Shown here one piece after another: positions 28,001-36,200 of a DNA stretch of 64,000 nucleotides; within the stretch, counting starts at the first letter, position 1; the number at the start of each line of letters is the position of its first letter. The stretch is from positions 68,625-132,624 of IMG/VR virus record IMGVR_UViG_3300032291_001597; one strand, 5' to 3'. The translations under genes were made by a program, and so were the position numbers. Source of the stretch: a virus. The notes under the pieces were generated by a model, which searched no databases, was not told the DNA's origin, and saw nothing but the letters and a program-made list of their open reading frames with translations.

Positions 28001-31000
28001 GGCTGCCTACCCTGCTGCTGTTCAGTTGCCAAACGGTGACCTAGTTATTGCTGAGCGTCAATACACCGAGCGTTCAAGACTAAGAAGAACTTTCAAGTAT
28101 CAGGTGGTGGTTCACCGCCTACCAAACGAGCGTTTTGTTGCTTACGCTCGAGAAGTATTGCTTAAGCCAGATGGTTCGATTGACCCTGACTACACTCCTC
28201 GCGCAGGTAGAGTAACTCCTCAGACCCACTCTCCTTTGGCGTTGCTAAACGACATTCCACCACTGCTAAGTGGCGATGGTCCAGAGCAGGGTATTTTGAA
28301 GCGCAACCCTAGACAGTGGCTGTCTAATAGTGGTGACTTGCAGAACGAGGTAGTGAACCCTGCTACTGGTCAGTTGTTGCCTGAAACTCTTTCCCCTAGG
28401 GTTGGGGAAAAGTTTATTGGGGACACTGGTATCAAGACCACTGGCGACGGTGTGAAGGATGCTCTAATCGGATACATCGCTGAGTTGGTAGATAGAGGCG
28501 TTCTCGATAGAGACATTATTTCTCGTATGACTTCTGGTCGTCAGACTGCCCTAAACAAAGAGCAGGTAATTGACCTAGTAGAACGTATCGAGGCTAACCG
28601 AAACTTCCCTGGCGTGAACGCTATTCCTTATGTTGCTAGAGACAATGCTTCTATTGTTCGAATTGGTGACAAGGTCAGACACTACTCACCTAGTGGTCGA
28701 ATCAAGGAAGGTGTGGTCATGGACCGCATCCAGTTGGTTATCAACAGGAAGCCTTCTGGACAATACGAGTACACCGATAAGGTTTGGGTTCAATTCCCTG
28801 GACGCGCTGGTTGGACTGAGATTACTACTCGTAACCTTGAGATTTTGAAGCGTAAGGACGGTAGCGACCCGCTACCAGCAATTGATGCTGAAACCAAGAG
28901 ACCTATTTCTCCAATTCCCCCTGCTGCCCCTGAGACCGACAGAACTCCTATTCCTACGAGAGACGGCTCTGGAACTCCAGAGGCTTCCGATGAGTTCCTA
29001 AATGGACTAGATGAGTTCGGTGATGCTCACGTAGATGCTATGAATGGCGGACACTCTAAGTACGGTCTACCTGAAGGCTATAAGGCCAGCGTTCGAGCAG
29101 GCGGAGGAATGCAAGTCACTCAAGCCTCTGGTTACACGTCAGGACTATTTGCACCTAATCCTGATGGCACAGTTTCGGTGTATTTTACGTATCCAGGTTT
29201 TGTTGGAATTAATAAGAGCAAGACGGTAGCCACTAAGACAGAGGCCATGAGGCTTGTGGCTGAGGCGATGAAAATTGATGCTGGATTAATTCCAGCCCCA
29301 ACTAATGTCCACAAAAAAGGCGAGGCAGTGTCCGTGGACGATGTTTATGATTACACAGGTGCCGAAGACAGTTCAGGTGTAGTTCACGAAATTACTAGAA
29401 CTGGGCTTAGCACTACTTTTTCTAATCCTGCTACTGGCGAGAAACATCCTATTAGTGTGAGCAATAACTTAGATGGCACGTGGAAAGTTACGGGGATATC
29501 TGGCATCGGAGAAACTCTCTACTCCCCTTCTTCTAGACAAGAAGCCGAAGCAGTCGCTATTAGCGCCCTTAGCAGGGGAGATAGTGCTCCTTCTGCACCT
29601 GCCGTAGATGAATCTTCAACCCCTGCCCCAGACTTTGATGCCGCGCTTGCTTCGCTTTCTAGAGACCCTGTATTTAATGACAAGCACGTAGAACTTATGT
29701 ACAGGGAAGATGCGCCAGAAGAGTTTAAGATTCCTATCGGATACAAAGCCACCCTCTCTGCGGCGGGTGAAGGTCTGAAACTGGAACACATTGACAGACC
29801 TTCAGATAATCTAAATGCCACTGCCTTTAGGAAAGATGACGGCAGTTGGGAAATCAGAGTCAATAGACCTGCTGGTCGTATGGTAACTATTCCGCCTATC
29901 TATAGGAACAGAACAGCATCTGACCCTATCGATGCCATCAAGATGCTGAATAGTGACTTGAAGAACGCTGTAAAGGGCGCCCCTCACGACGGTATGAGTT
30001 TGGAAGACCGTATGGTCGACCTAACTAACAATGACCGTTTCCTTGAGGACATGCACACTTACTTGTTCACTGACACTTCTCTTCCTACGGAACTGAGAAA
30101 CAGATACAAGTTGCCTGAGGGCTACTCAGCGGTGAGAAGAACTTCTAGCGGTAGTTATGGAAGCGTGTTTATTACCAAGAAAGATGCTGACGGAAATACC
30201 GACCCTGACTCCCCTATTGCTGAAATTTCTGGCGTTATAGACGGAAAGCGGACTATCACTGTTTGGGCAAACGATTCAGACAGAATGGCTAGTAGACCAG
30301 TATTTGAAGGTAGAACTGCCCTAGACCCAGAGCACGCTATTGCTATGGTTTCTTCTGACTTGCGCTCAGCAATTCAAGGTAGACCCCCTCGTGACATCAA
30401 GCAGTATTGGGACCTAGGTTTGTCACCTGCTCCTGCCCCTGCTAGCCCAGAGGCACCAGCAGTTCCAAGCACTCCTGCCTCCCCAGCAGTCCCTAGCGCA
30501 CCTTCTCTTCCAGAAGGTTACACGGTTCGTGGCGGAGAGGGCGATGCCCCTACCATTGTTCGTTCTAACGATATGTCTAAGCCATATATGCGTATCGAGA
30601 AGTCGACCGACGAGAACGGTAACGAAATCTTCAAGGGCAAGGTTTGGAACACTGGTAAGGATGCTTTGGACGACTTATCACCTGCTGAAGAAAAGAACTT
30701 TACTGACCGCGAGAAGGCTATGAAGTGGGCTACTCGTAGGGCAGAGGACCCTTCAAGAATTGGTAAGCCTGACGAGCCAGAGACTAAGTGGGACACAGAC
30801 GCCGATGGCAGAGAGATTCTTACCGTTACTGGCATTGAAGGTAGCGAAGATGACAACAACCCTGCCGCTCTTATTACCGACGTCCCCGGTGTAGGAACTC
30901 TTGCTGCTGTCTACAACAAGAAGTCTGGTATTGGTGGCACTCCTTACGAAGTTCGCACTTTCCGTAGCAGAGATGAAGCCAAGGAATGGGCTAATGGTCT

Positions 31001-32219
31001 AATCAACGGCGAGTTGCAGAAGTTCAATAATGGCGAAGAATCCGACTTGTTTAAGAAGCCTGTGGCTAATCGTGACCCTAATATGCCAGACGTGTCACCA
31101 GAAATGATTGACAGATATCTAAGTGCCCCCGGTGTCTTTAAGCGTTTTGGTGGATTTGCCAGAGTCACCGAAGCAGACATTGAAGTCTTAGAAAGAAACG
31201 ACCCGACTGGAGAGTTCGGTAGATTTAGGGATTATGACGCTGATGCTCTAAGAGAGTTAATAAAACAAGAAGCAGCCTCTATTCCTTTCGATACCACTAA
31301 ATTTGACGCTTCTACTATTCGTAAATTTAGAGAAGCATACGAAACCAGAAAGCGTAAGCAGATTGCCAACTATGTGACGCGAGTAAACGGTAGGGCACAA
31401 GCATTTATAAGCATTATTAACGGTAACAGAGACCCCGAAAAGAGGGCTAAAGAACTAGACGCTTTTAGATACGCTGAAAACAGAATTGTGGACAGAATGT
31501 CTAGAGCAAAACTGGGCTACAACATTAGTTTTGACGCTCTTAAGCAAGTTCTAACTGCCCCAGACCCAGCAGAAAGAAGATTTAAAAACCAGTTCGAAAC
31601 CAGAACTACTAGAGGGCACGACGCACACTATTCTGACCCACTAGGAATGAGCAGAAGAGGACCAGAACTTGAGTTTGGTAACGTTCCCATAGATACTGAC
31701 TCCAAAAATAGACCTAAGTACGGTTTCCCATTAAATAATGGAGTGAATGGCATTGGAGAGGTCACCGACTTTGATGGCCCAGAGGACGTTCTAGGTTTTA
31801 GAAAAGTCTCCTCCGAGTTTGCTAGAGACTTAGATAAAAACCTAAACCGCGCTATGGACAATAGCACCGCGTCTCACTACGGTGAAATTACTGTCGTGTT
31901 TAAGGACGAAGTAAAGTCTAGGACCACCCTAACTGCTTATGATTCTCTAGGCGCTAGCATATTGTCCGCTCCTATGGACAATATAACTAAAGAGAGCCTG
32001 TGGGCTGCTGGTATTAGAGATAACTTCCTTATGGTAGATAGCAACGGTAAAGTTAGTAGTGGTTACAGCAGTTACGCTGAAATTCAAATGCACGGTCTTT
32101 TGGGGCTAGATGATGTTGAGGTTATTTATGCCCCAAACGCCACTTCTCAGGAAAGATTAGAAAGCCTTTTACGTACCCTTGGTATAGGAATAGAAGTCAA
32201 AATTAAGGGTAGGAGATAG
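19035..32219 (+). CDS. Giant polyvalent protein 2 (4394 aa): QRRDRYGRW tag, SH3/KOW-like barrels, GNAT-like, kinase-like, degenerate NUDIX, small alpha/beta repeats, C-terminal DUF3626-like domain
   Basis: QSSGLGGALY..HS (~22400-22520); DALFDNRDV..GNI..RCDMGG (~25400-26120); FKNQFET..RPKYG..HYGE..RTTLTAYDS..YAEIQMHG (~31500-32219). Confidence 0.85.
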   Translation: MTDAFGLSHPDDSPIVAASNAYSGKNSAAARRLRVKLQRRDRYGRWVEMGGVLSFKVRVNGEVQTKIGRAVGGSQRDGYIRVVIPEGQGIRPGTYHISEKVSRTAKAMLGEEYLEEKGVKVDANGNSIGEVLDRDIEDVKDLFREDTSDLDRALLDGVLSEDEKSALEKSRKTAPTHKSYNVVDESGKRVDEDEVGGLDFTDIADSRNWRLRKNRDGSIKSGKYLSPDKKLRAEIYQTESGKTYMKVSYPSDKNLIENEEVGALTEDDLLGDSRNLSTGYGRSLDSVDKTVKGAKAVLPAPDKEEQKKIDAERKAMEDLVKASPVRESYAMPELYMAEATDDELFARLKSLEERDTNNDSLFIKDGEIRNLRAERESVIIDDIRRELKGRGLAIPKSVKPAKRPLKKPAKPSEQPDNWLSAPSLRVGDQIVDADGKRKKIASITPEPEGDRALIKFADGSERMYEGEELVQIASKSLIKEDVPVEPVAPKFPDANRSNVYDNAAKALGITPEELKADERIFDAVEHTSDLIDKRQEDALPEFMGEDGTTRLYSSLTDAIAKHYALTKNGELYEPEPLGRDNKDLLEKARAGGATINPLSRRNRLQGWAVAVRGNNDEIIDTVALEDGIGDLLMNDYVNRNIDKFGGNKYLGLWHDKKNHELVFDVSEVFKETDVEAATKAGQDRNQKAIFNLRTWDEIETGGTGDNGRAREERESARLGGDKPRGVEEPEPARADSADEERTPVSDSGVDGARAEDEQGLSDNLRELPSYLRDNLLELLPTGIYESDKKSIGENIDRLENSLDKGSSAITQALKALSRSLAKAEKKQNEKDADNREVADLLDETIMQVSLAHNYAKSITVAPSAPGQPEGKLTQPGSASSRRISPSSDGSEFIAVPRMARDSGGGTDDSISDLSDIVDDTDPEIVRQLRAMDLAVDYDSLSDSQKNTYNNLKTFQEKAVRALTISAVSDNMEKYKRQRTIALSVTRALNGFITAINTGNPREDYISSGSLENRTRNLTFIEDSITTKTGRDTRTTIINKAKAIFVARDGGVYEISIDSHNADIVARQLDASGNYVTLRSGTERAAFLNQYGGSGDGFHSEDDGYLDPYSPNSDKIRPVTPGMIRTDDSVQSSGLGGALYAFLGYLHDQNGRGFMHSAHLLGPGNMASKLVNKNLKYHNPSQREKALTVINPNSDIIQSMSDAGWFGRSYNAFTTLTLYPGSHSSLDIAGKMTFQNFLKPLDGSLGGGNNIGPLWNMDKSIHELADLLHDSISMESPDVADYFKEYFDGNREDWELISIQGTLLDTAFLGGATKEDALTKLRNLKKVTDSLLSPDARIPARGNVKKIATGLSEALNQLIPAIDARSFDDSTRVERPKDMDFKSFSKVFADPFESKNGYEPFRTDFIMPEGVPPIDSSDSYMPKRNYPSEWINSDVPAPSSWSDEGGTLELQSEERLVGALRKSIQNKSDLAVMDFDGVDRNIQARSIYDALRRKSLDHNMILAKLYDEVLGGNENQTRLEEFRRTAPSLKSEAAELIESVGIVVPPADFEFGGMYDEDAHKLSAGSAVYDDEVTGEGFGLQLTKLSENENLRTPNYATLDRKPYVSVDEADNWSRLGTSDNPRIIARNFSRSGLSQGLVSALKRNSSYVNLQFANGTERRISILAIRDALQHQGVDTNALLKSAGATRVREYIRSVNVADNGERVTNTFKVGEKPGFIRTNTYANPEAESNGRATVLIDDPNATSYDSLGSGSKVIGLTRLDTTADPLRPYAVVWFGKKDAVALSRFNVEDHGSRVVERYETRAEADAVLGDLARDDMFFVDQIMQDSAILPPLKVTKRLPSTLPMTERLLGSRTISHQIGIIDPRVVHFSDNSGVPGEGGKDDLFRDDNGNILATVTANEDGQFQAKVDSLTETFTDRQIAQRWAGEELARKLEANLNLADSSKVPAERPKRVLSGYEESETLKTDLTLSTYGVLYYNEGSVVRAIKVTGQRAKASPYRRAEPDYRLLSVSVTDPSNPTVSKFNLGISRTGRSEWYLTASGGEVAVGEPMNVSKVFTSPEAAIKQARKLSEDRLGKDMVPDFGPIGYKSLPDEVIPSLPNAKDLDEVLTHASTVIDSTDAVELSSLSGVNGAKKIQLPDGRIFKRKGGGITSGPAGIRNAENKRRVDAEVFAHAVYNFAGIQATNAQKGKNGSAPVVMDPWVDVDGSKNWMKITERSGSGTQIGEDVQRGFVLDALFDNRDVATNSGNIIVGTDGRARRCDMGGAGLFKAGGDRGVRATTFQADRGESSVDFYMGNYMDWSRSTVYKGFSEEKRKQYAIDHLAPLTDEALDKLGALIENEEDRKKTLDTLKARRDGILRKLGIDIEEERRKRAGSSAAEPESEDVVEVPDTSEETIDEPLLLEEPVRVPVPSGPKRVSMADRLPLKRTPDGVYYPERHSDLFPYTQKIRNGEIVPEELPFAFKQPIPVIDAGGFYMSTPPSYVDANGIYRTSAFGTFNTFIRRKNADGSYSILGFGRGIGDREVLGGLIEDRGAYSHDADAEHLRQVLDSKTHGLEGKTPVTHEVELAPGYKSRVSIYDLSEDEARDLNLANERLLPTDDGGKYRNREWMPLNDFLERISDPEWIANPDNLQGLRGIFSMPTMPHPRSKPLGVPRSEDEDIEVGTIEWSRTSEVLGKSYTVSKLTNGTYSINDSSGKTIAEVRPAKGLYKFEAYILPNNIGTPGNPGARLAFFDNDRQATAWAGDLATEMIGGDKNLFNELGVGEVDLGPISPVVHKGGHLDKATEDQIATLTRLVNTKEMVGATRAQYREHLRKPNLVKGEVGSLIRQLSRTPDRSDDVTASERDGESVTPSKPTDGGIVPPKGPSGDEDMTTSPFIRKKASELAPGDKIVNAKGEYIGKVAITYVDKENGKVTVAMIDKTGASVNLEEALMDDSYLVDPRVPAAVAVPEGKDKEEGAGGAGGGDTTALPGGLRAFRARSSYIIDQVKAAYPAAVQLPNGDLVIAERQYTERSRLRRTFKYQVVVHRLPNERFVAYAREVLLKPDGSIDPDYTPRAGRVTPQTHSPLALLNDIPPLLSGDGPEQGILKRNPRQWLSNSGDLQNEVVNPATGQLLPETLSPRVGEKFIGDTGIKTTGDGVKDALIGYIAELVDRGVLDRDIISRMTSGRQTALNKEQVIDLVERIEANRNFPGVNAIPYVARDNASIVRIGDKVRHYSPSGRIKEGVVMDRIQLVINRKPSGQYEYTDKVWVQFPGRAGWTEITTRNLEILKRKDGSDPLPAIDAETKRPISPIPPAAPETDRTPIPTRDGSGTPEASDEFLNGLDEFGDAHVDAMNGGHSKYGLPEGYKASVRAGGGMQVTQASGYTSGLFAPNPDGTVSVYFTYPGFVGINKSKTVATKTEAMRLVAEAMKIDAGLIPAPTNVHKKGEAVSVDDVYDYTGAEDSSGVVHEITRTGLSTTFSNPATGEKHPISVSNNLDGTWKVTGISGIGETLYSPSSRQEAEAVAISALSRGDSAPSAPAVDESSTPAPDFDAALASLSRDPVFNDKHVELMYREDAPEEFKIPIGYKATLSAAGEGLKLEHIDRPSDNLNATAFRKDDGSWEIRVNRPAGRMVTIPPIYRNRTASDPIDAIKMLNSDLKNAVKGAPHDGMSLEDRMVDLTNNDRFLEDMHTYLFTDTSLPTELRNRYKLPEGYSAVRRTSSGSYGSVFITKKDADGNTDPDSPIAEISGVIDGKRTITVWANDSDRMASRPVFEGRTALDPEHAIAMVSSDLRSAIQGRPPRDIKQYWDLGLSPAPAPASPEAPAVPSTPASPAVPSAPSLPEGYTVRGGEGDAPTIVRSNDMSKPYMRIEKSTDENGNEIFKGKVWNTGKDALDDLSPAEEKNFTDREKAMKWATRRAEDPSRIGKPDEPETKWDTDADGREILTVTGIEGSEDDNNPAALITDVPGVGTLAAVYNKKSGIGGTPYEVRTFRSRDEAKEWANGLINGELQKFNNGEESDLFKKPVANRDPNMPDVSPEMIDRYLSAPGVFKRFGGFARVTEADIEVLERNDPTGEFGRFRDYDADALRELIKQEAASIPFDTTKFDASTIRKFREAYETRKRKQIANYVTRVNGRAQAFISIINGNRDPEKRAKELDAFRYAENRIVDRMSRAKLGYNISFDALKQVLTAPDPAERRFKNQFETRTTRGHDAHYSDPLGMSRRGPELEFGNVPIDTDSKNRPKYGFPLNNGVNGIGEVTDFDGPEDVLGFRKVSSEFARDLDKNLNRAMDNSTASHYGEITVVFKDEVKSRTTLTAYDSLGASILSAPMDNITKESLWAAGIRDNFLMVDSNGKVSSGYSSYAEIQMHGLLGLDDVEVIYAPNATSQERLESLLRTLGIGIEVKIKGRR

Positions 32220-32224
32220 AGGAC

Positions 32225-32503
32225 ATGGATAACTTGGAGATTTATACTCTAAAAGACGATACTGACCTATCGATTGTTTATGATTTTTCGATTGGCGAAA
32301 TTTATTACGTCCACTTGGAAGATAAGAAAGACCCCGAGACTAAGTATCAGATAGTGCCGCTTGAATTTATTTTTCAAAAAATGCCTGGCGACTGGGAAAT
32401 AATTAATGAAGGTAAACTAGAAATCAAACAAATAAGCCAAGAACAAGCAGAAGAGCAGGGCCTAGACGTGAGATTTTTTATAAAAGATGAGGTGCAAGGC
32501 TAA
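32225..32503 (+). CDS. Small acidic hypothetical protein after giant 2 (possible partner or immunity)
   Basis: 5 nt after the giant's stop; AGGA SD-like. Confidence 0.75.
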   Translation: MDNLEIYTLKDDTDLSIVYDFSIGEIYYVHLEDKKDPETKYQIVPLEFIFQKMPGDWEIINEGKLEIKQISQEQAEEQGLDVRFFIKDEVQG

Positions 32504-33195
32504 TGCCAGAAAACAAAAACTTCACTTTAGATTCTGCAACACTGGGGACCCTATTCAAGACAGTTGGCGTTATCACCGCTCAGGGCAAGGAAAACTATAA
32601 CAGCACCATTCTAGGCGCTTATTACGACAGAGCCGAGGAAACTAGAGGTCTATACGTAGTTATGCCAAACGGTGAAATCAAGTATTTTGATGTCGAGGAC
32701 GTAAACATCAAGTCCGAGGGAACCGACGAACTAATTGGTTTTTCTTTAGATGAGACTGAGTACATTCTAAGAACTTTGATGGAAGATGATGGCGAGTGGA
32801 TTTCTTCCTACAAAATGCCAATTCCAGAACTCATTATAGAAAAAAAGATTATTGGCGAGTCTTTGCCAGCAATCAATAAACTTACTGGCTTTGAGTTACC
32901 TGAGTTGCCTCCGTTCTTTGAGGCGTTCTTTGTCTATAAGTCAGAGACTTCGGACTACTTGATGTCTATTAATTACCTAACAAACTATCGCAACTACGTA
33001 CGTTCAAACGCCCGATGGGTGTTTGAGGACATGTCTCAGGACTATTACGAAGACCTAGAGGTCTTTGAAGTGGATAAAGAACGGGCTAAGGCTTTTCTGT
33101 ATTTATATGACCGTCAAAAGGGTTATTTAAAGTTCTCAGAAGTCAAGACTTACTTATCGACCCCGTCTACATCTACTATAATCAATAATGACTAA
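32503..33195 (+). CDS. Acidic hypothetical protein
   Basis: TAATG coupling with the previous gene. Confidence 0.8.
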   Translation: MPENKNFTLDSATLGTLFKTVGVITAQGKENYNSTILGAYYDRAEETRGLYVVMPNGEIKYFDVEDVNIKSEGTDELIGFSLDETEYILRTLMEDDGEWISSYKMPIPELIIEKKIIGESLPAINKLTGFELPELPPFFEAFFVYKSETSDYLMSINYLTNYRNYVRSNARWVFEDMSQDYYEDLEVFEVDKERAKAFLYLYDRQKGYLKFSEVKTYLSTPSTSTIINND

Positions 33196-33218
33196 TAACC
33201 TTTGGTAAGGAACGGGTA

Positions 33219-36200
33219 ATGTCCCATTTTCTGGGTAGACACAACTCTTTATTGCTTTTTAGCAATGAGACGCACTCCGTGGTTATTGATGAAACCGTCG
33301 GGCTTGTAGTTGAAATCGGGGAGACCCCGTCGCTAATCGCGTCCGCTGACTGGATTTTGTCAGAGGAAACTTACGATGAGGCATCGATTGTTGACTTGGC
33401 TGAAGTGGCTTTGAGCCGCGTAAAAATTGATTCTTTAACGGCTTCGGCACGTTTATACACTATACCTTCAGGCGTACAGTCAGAGGCAAAAAAGGCTTTG
33501 GAATGGCGTAAGGAAGAGAAGCGCGGTGGCACCCCTGTAGGTCTGAACACTGCACGCACTCTTGCTAAGGGCGGACAGATTGGTATCGAGAAGGTTCGCC
33601 ACATTGCCAAGTATTTCCCTCGTCACGAAGTTGACAAAAAGGGTAAGGGCTGGAGACCGGGCGAGGACAACTTCCCTAGCAACGGGCGTATCGCTTGGGC
33701 GCTTTGGGGTGGTGACGCTGGTTGGCGTTGGGCTAAGGCTATCGTCGAGCGCGAAGACAAGAAGAGTCTTAGGGCAGATGCTTACCCTATGCCTGAATTA
33801 GAAGACTTTAAAGTTTCTTATGAATTAGATGAGTCAGTTGCTCCAGAGTTTATGGCTCGCGTTCGACTAGATGGCTCTGGAATTGACCGTATCTACAAAG
33901 TAGATATTGATGGACACGTTTTTGCTTGGGACGACGGAACTTGGGACGACCTAGGTCACGCCGATGGAGACATTTGGACTTACGACCGTGCTCTAGACGA
34001 TGCCTACGACACCGTTCCTAAGGAACACATTCTTATTGACCCAGAGTCTGCTCTAATTATTTGCGCCAAGTTACAGGCTAAGCCTTTCGACAAGGTAACC
34101 ATTTTAGAAATCGATGAAGAAGAGGCGATGCTTGCTGCTGGCGCTGTTGCTGGCGAAGACTGGGACTTTATTGACTACGCAGTGACTGCTGCTGGCGAGG
34201 ACCCTATTGGCGCTACGGTTCAGAATCCTAACAACTTGCCTGCCGATGGAACCGCTGGATACACTCCAGCGGACCGTAGTAAGAACGCAGCCAAGCAGGT
34301 CAGAGATGCTCGCGGTCTATTCGCTGCCCAAGGAAACAAGGTTTCGGTAGTTGGTAGACCAAATGGTGTCATCACCGCAATCAACGCTGCCAACAAGACT
34401 GTTACCGTAAAGCACGACGACGGAACTAGTTCTACAGTTCCAGCAACCGATACCCGCAAGTTGGAAGAGCCTAAGGCTCAGGTCACAGGTCGCTCTGACT
34501 TTGAGCCAGACCCTAATGAAATTGCTCCGATGGATACGAGGGGAATCCTCGGAGAGCCTAGAACTCCAATCAATCAGCCTAAGGCTCACTTGCCTGGAAC
34601 TCTTCCGCCTCTGACCAGAAACGACTTGGCTTCTATTTTGGCTGACTATCCAGCGTGGGTAGCAAGTCAGAGAAACTCGTTCAAGCCTCTTGGAACTGGA
34701 ACTGGAACTGGAACTGGAACTGGAACTGGAACTGGAACTGGAACTGGAACTGGAACTGGAATCAACACGGGCGGGGCACCTACTGGAACTCCTACTTCAA
34801 ACCTAAGAAGTGGTGAGAAGCCTTACTTCAACCCTAAAACCCCTTACGACACTGCTCCTCGCTCACGTCTTGACACAGGTGAGACTGGCAAGTTTTTGGA
34901 AAATCTTACTGGCATCAAACAAAAGCCTGGTGATTACGACGCCTACAAGCACCCTCTTCTAAAAGACTGGCTAAACAAGACCGTCAAGAAGGACGGAAAA
35001 ACTTACACCCCAAACGCTCTTTGGTATCAGCCAATTACCTCTGCTGCTGAAGCAGAAGTGAAAGAGGCAGTAAAAGAAGAGACCGCTGAAGAGCGTCCAG
35101 TTGGAGAGAAAAAAGTATCTGACGTTCAGCCTTTGTATTTAGCAATTGTTGCGCCAGATGACCCTCGCGCGGTTTTGGATTTGGTAAGCATTGTTCCAGC
35201 AGGCGTCACCTCTAACCAGCCTATGACTTATGTTCGTAAAGATAAGAAGTGGGTTCGTGACGCTAAATACTTGGACGACCTACGTTCGGCTACCCCACCG
35301 CCAGTAGTCCCTATGGACAACGAAACTCTTAACGATGTCTTGACCCAGATTGATGGCTTGGTTGCTAGTGCCTATAGCCAAGCCTTGATGGTTTTGTTTG
35401 GACCCAACCCCGCTGTTATGGAAGCCTTTGAAAATGACTATTTAGAGGAAATTTTCCCTGATTTCGAATCACTTTTAGCAGCGGGTGGGTTGGACCGAAA
35501 CAGGGGAGGCGCTGAGGCTCTACGACGTTATTGGACCACTGGTAAGGGAGCGACAAAGATTCGCTGGGGGACTCCGGGCGACTGGAAGCGCTGCGTTCGT
35601 TACTTAGGAAAATATCTTGGTGTCCGCTCTAAGGGCTATTGCCAACTCCGTCACAAGGAAGCCACTGGTGTTTACACTGGCTCGCGTCTAAATCCAGGTA
35701 ATGAAAACTCTTCTCAGGAATTCTTGATGGAAGAAGTTTGGGGCGAGAACATTGGCGAGCCTACAAAGATTACCGAAAAAGATTTGCTTATGCCTCTGCC
35801 AGAAATTATGGGAGAGAAGGATGACATCTATGACCACCACTGGGAGCCAGAAGAAGAAATTGTTGCTGGTCTAAAGACGCTCAATGATTTCTCAGACGAA
35901 GAGTTCGAAGTTTTGGTTGCTGGTGCTAGACCGCCTAGTGGCTACAACATTGACCGCAACCGTAGAAGTGCTGAAAAGTTACGTCGCTACTGGACCAAGG
36001 GTAGAGGCGCTGCCAAGATTCGTTGGAACACTGGTGGCGACTGGACCAGATGTGTCCGCTATTTGTCTAAGTACATCGGACCTCGCGCTAGAGGTTACTG
36101 CGCCTTGCGTCACAAAGAAGTCACTGGTCTTTGGACTGGGGATAAGGCCCACCTAAAGATGTATGGCGGTCGTACCCGTGGCGGTAGAAACGTATTTAGC

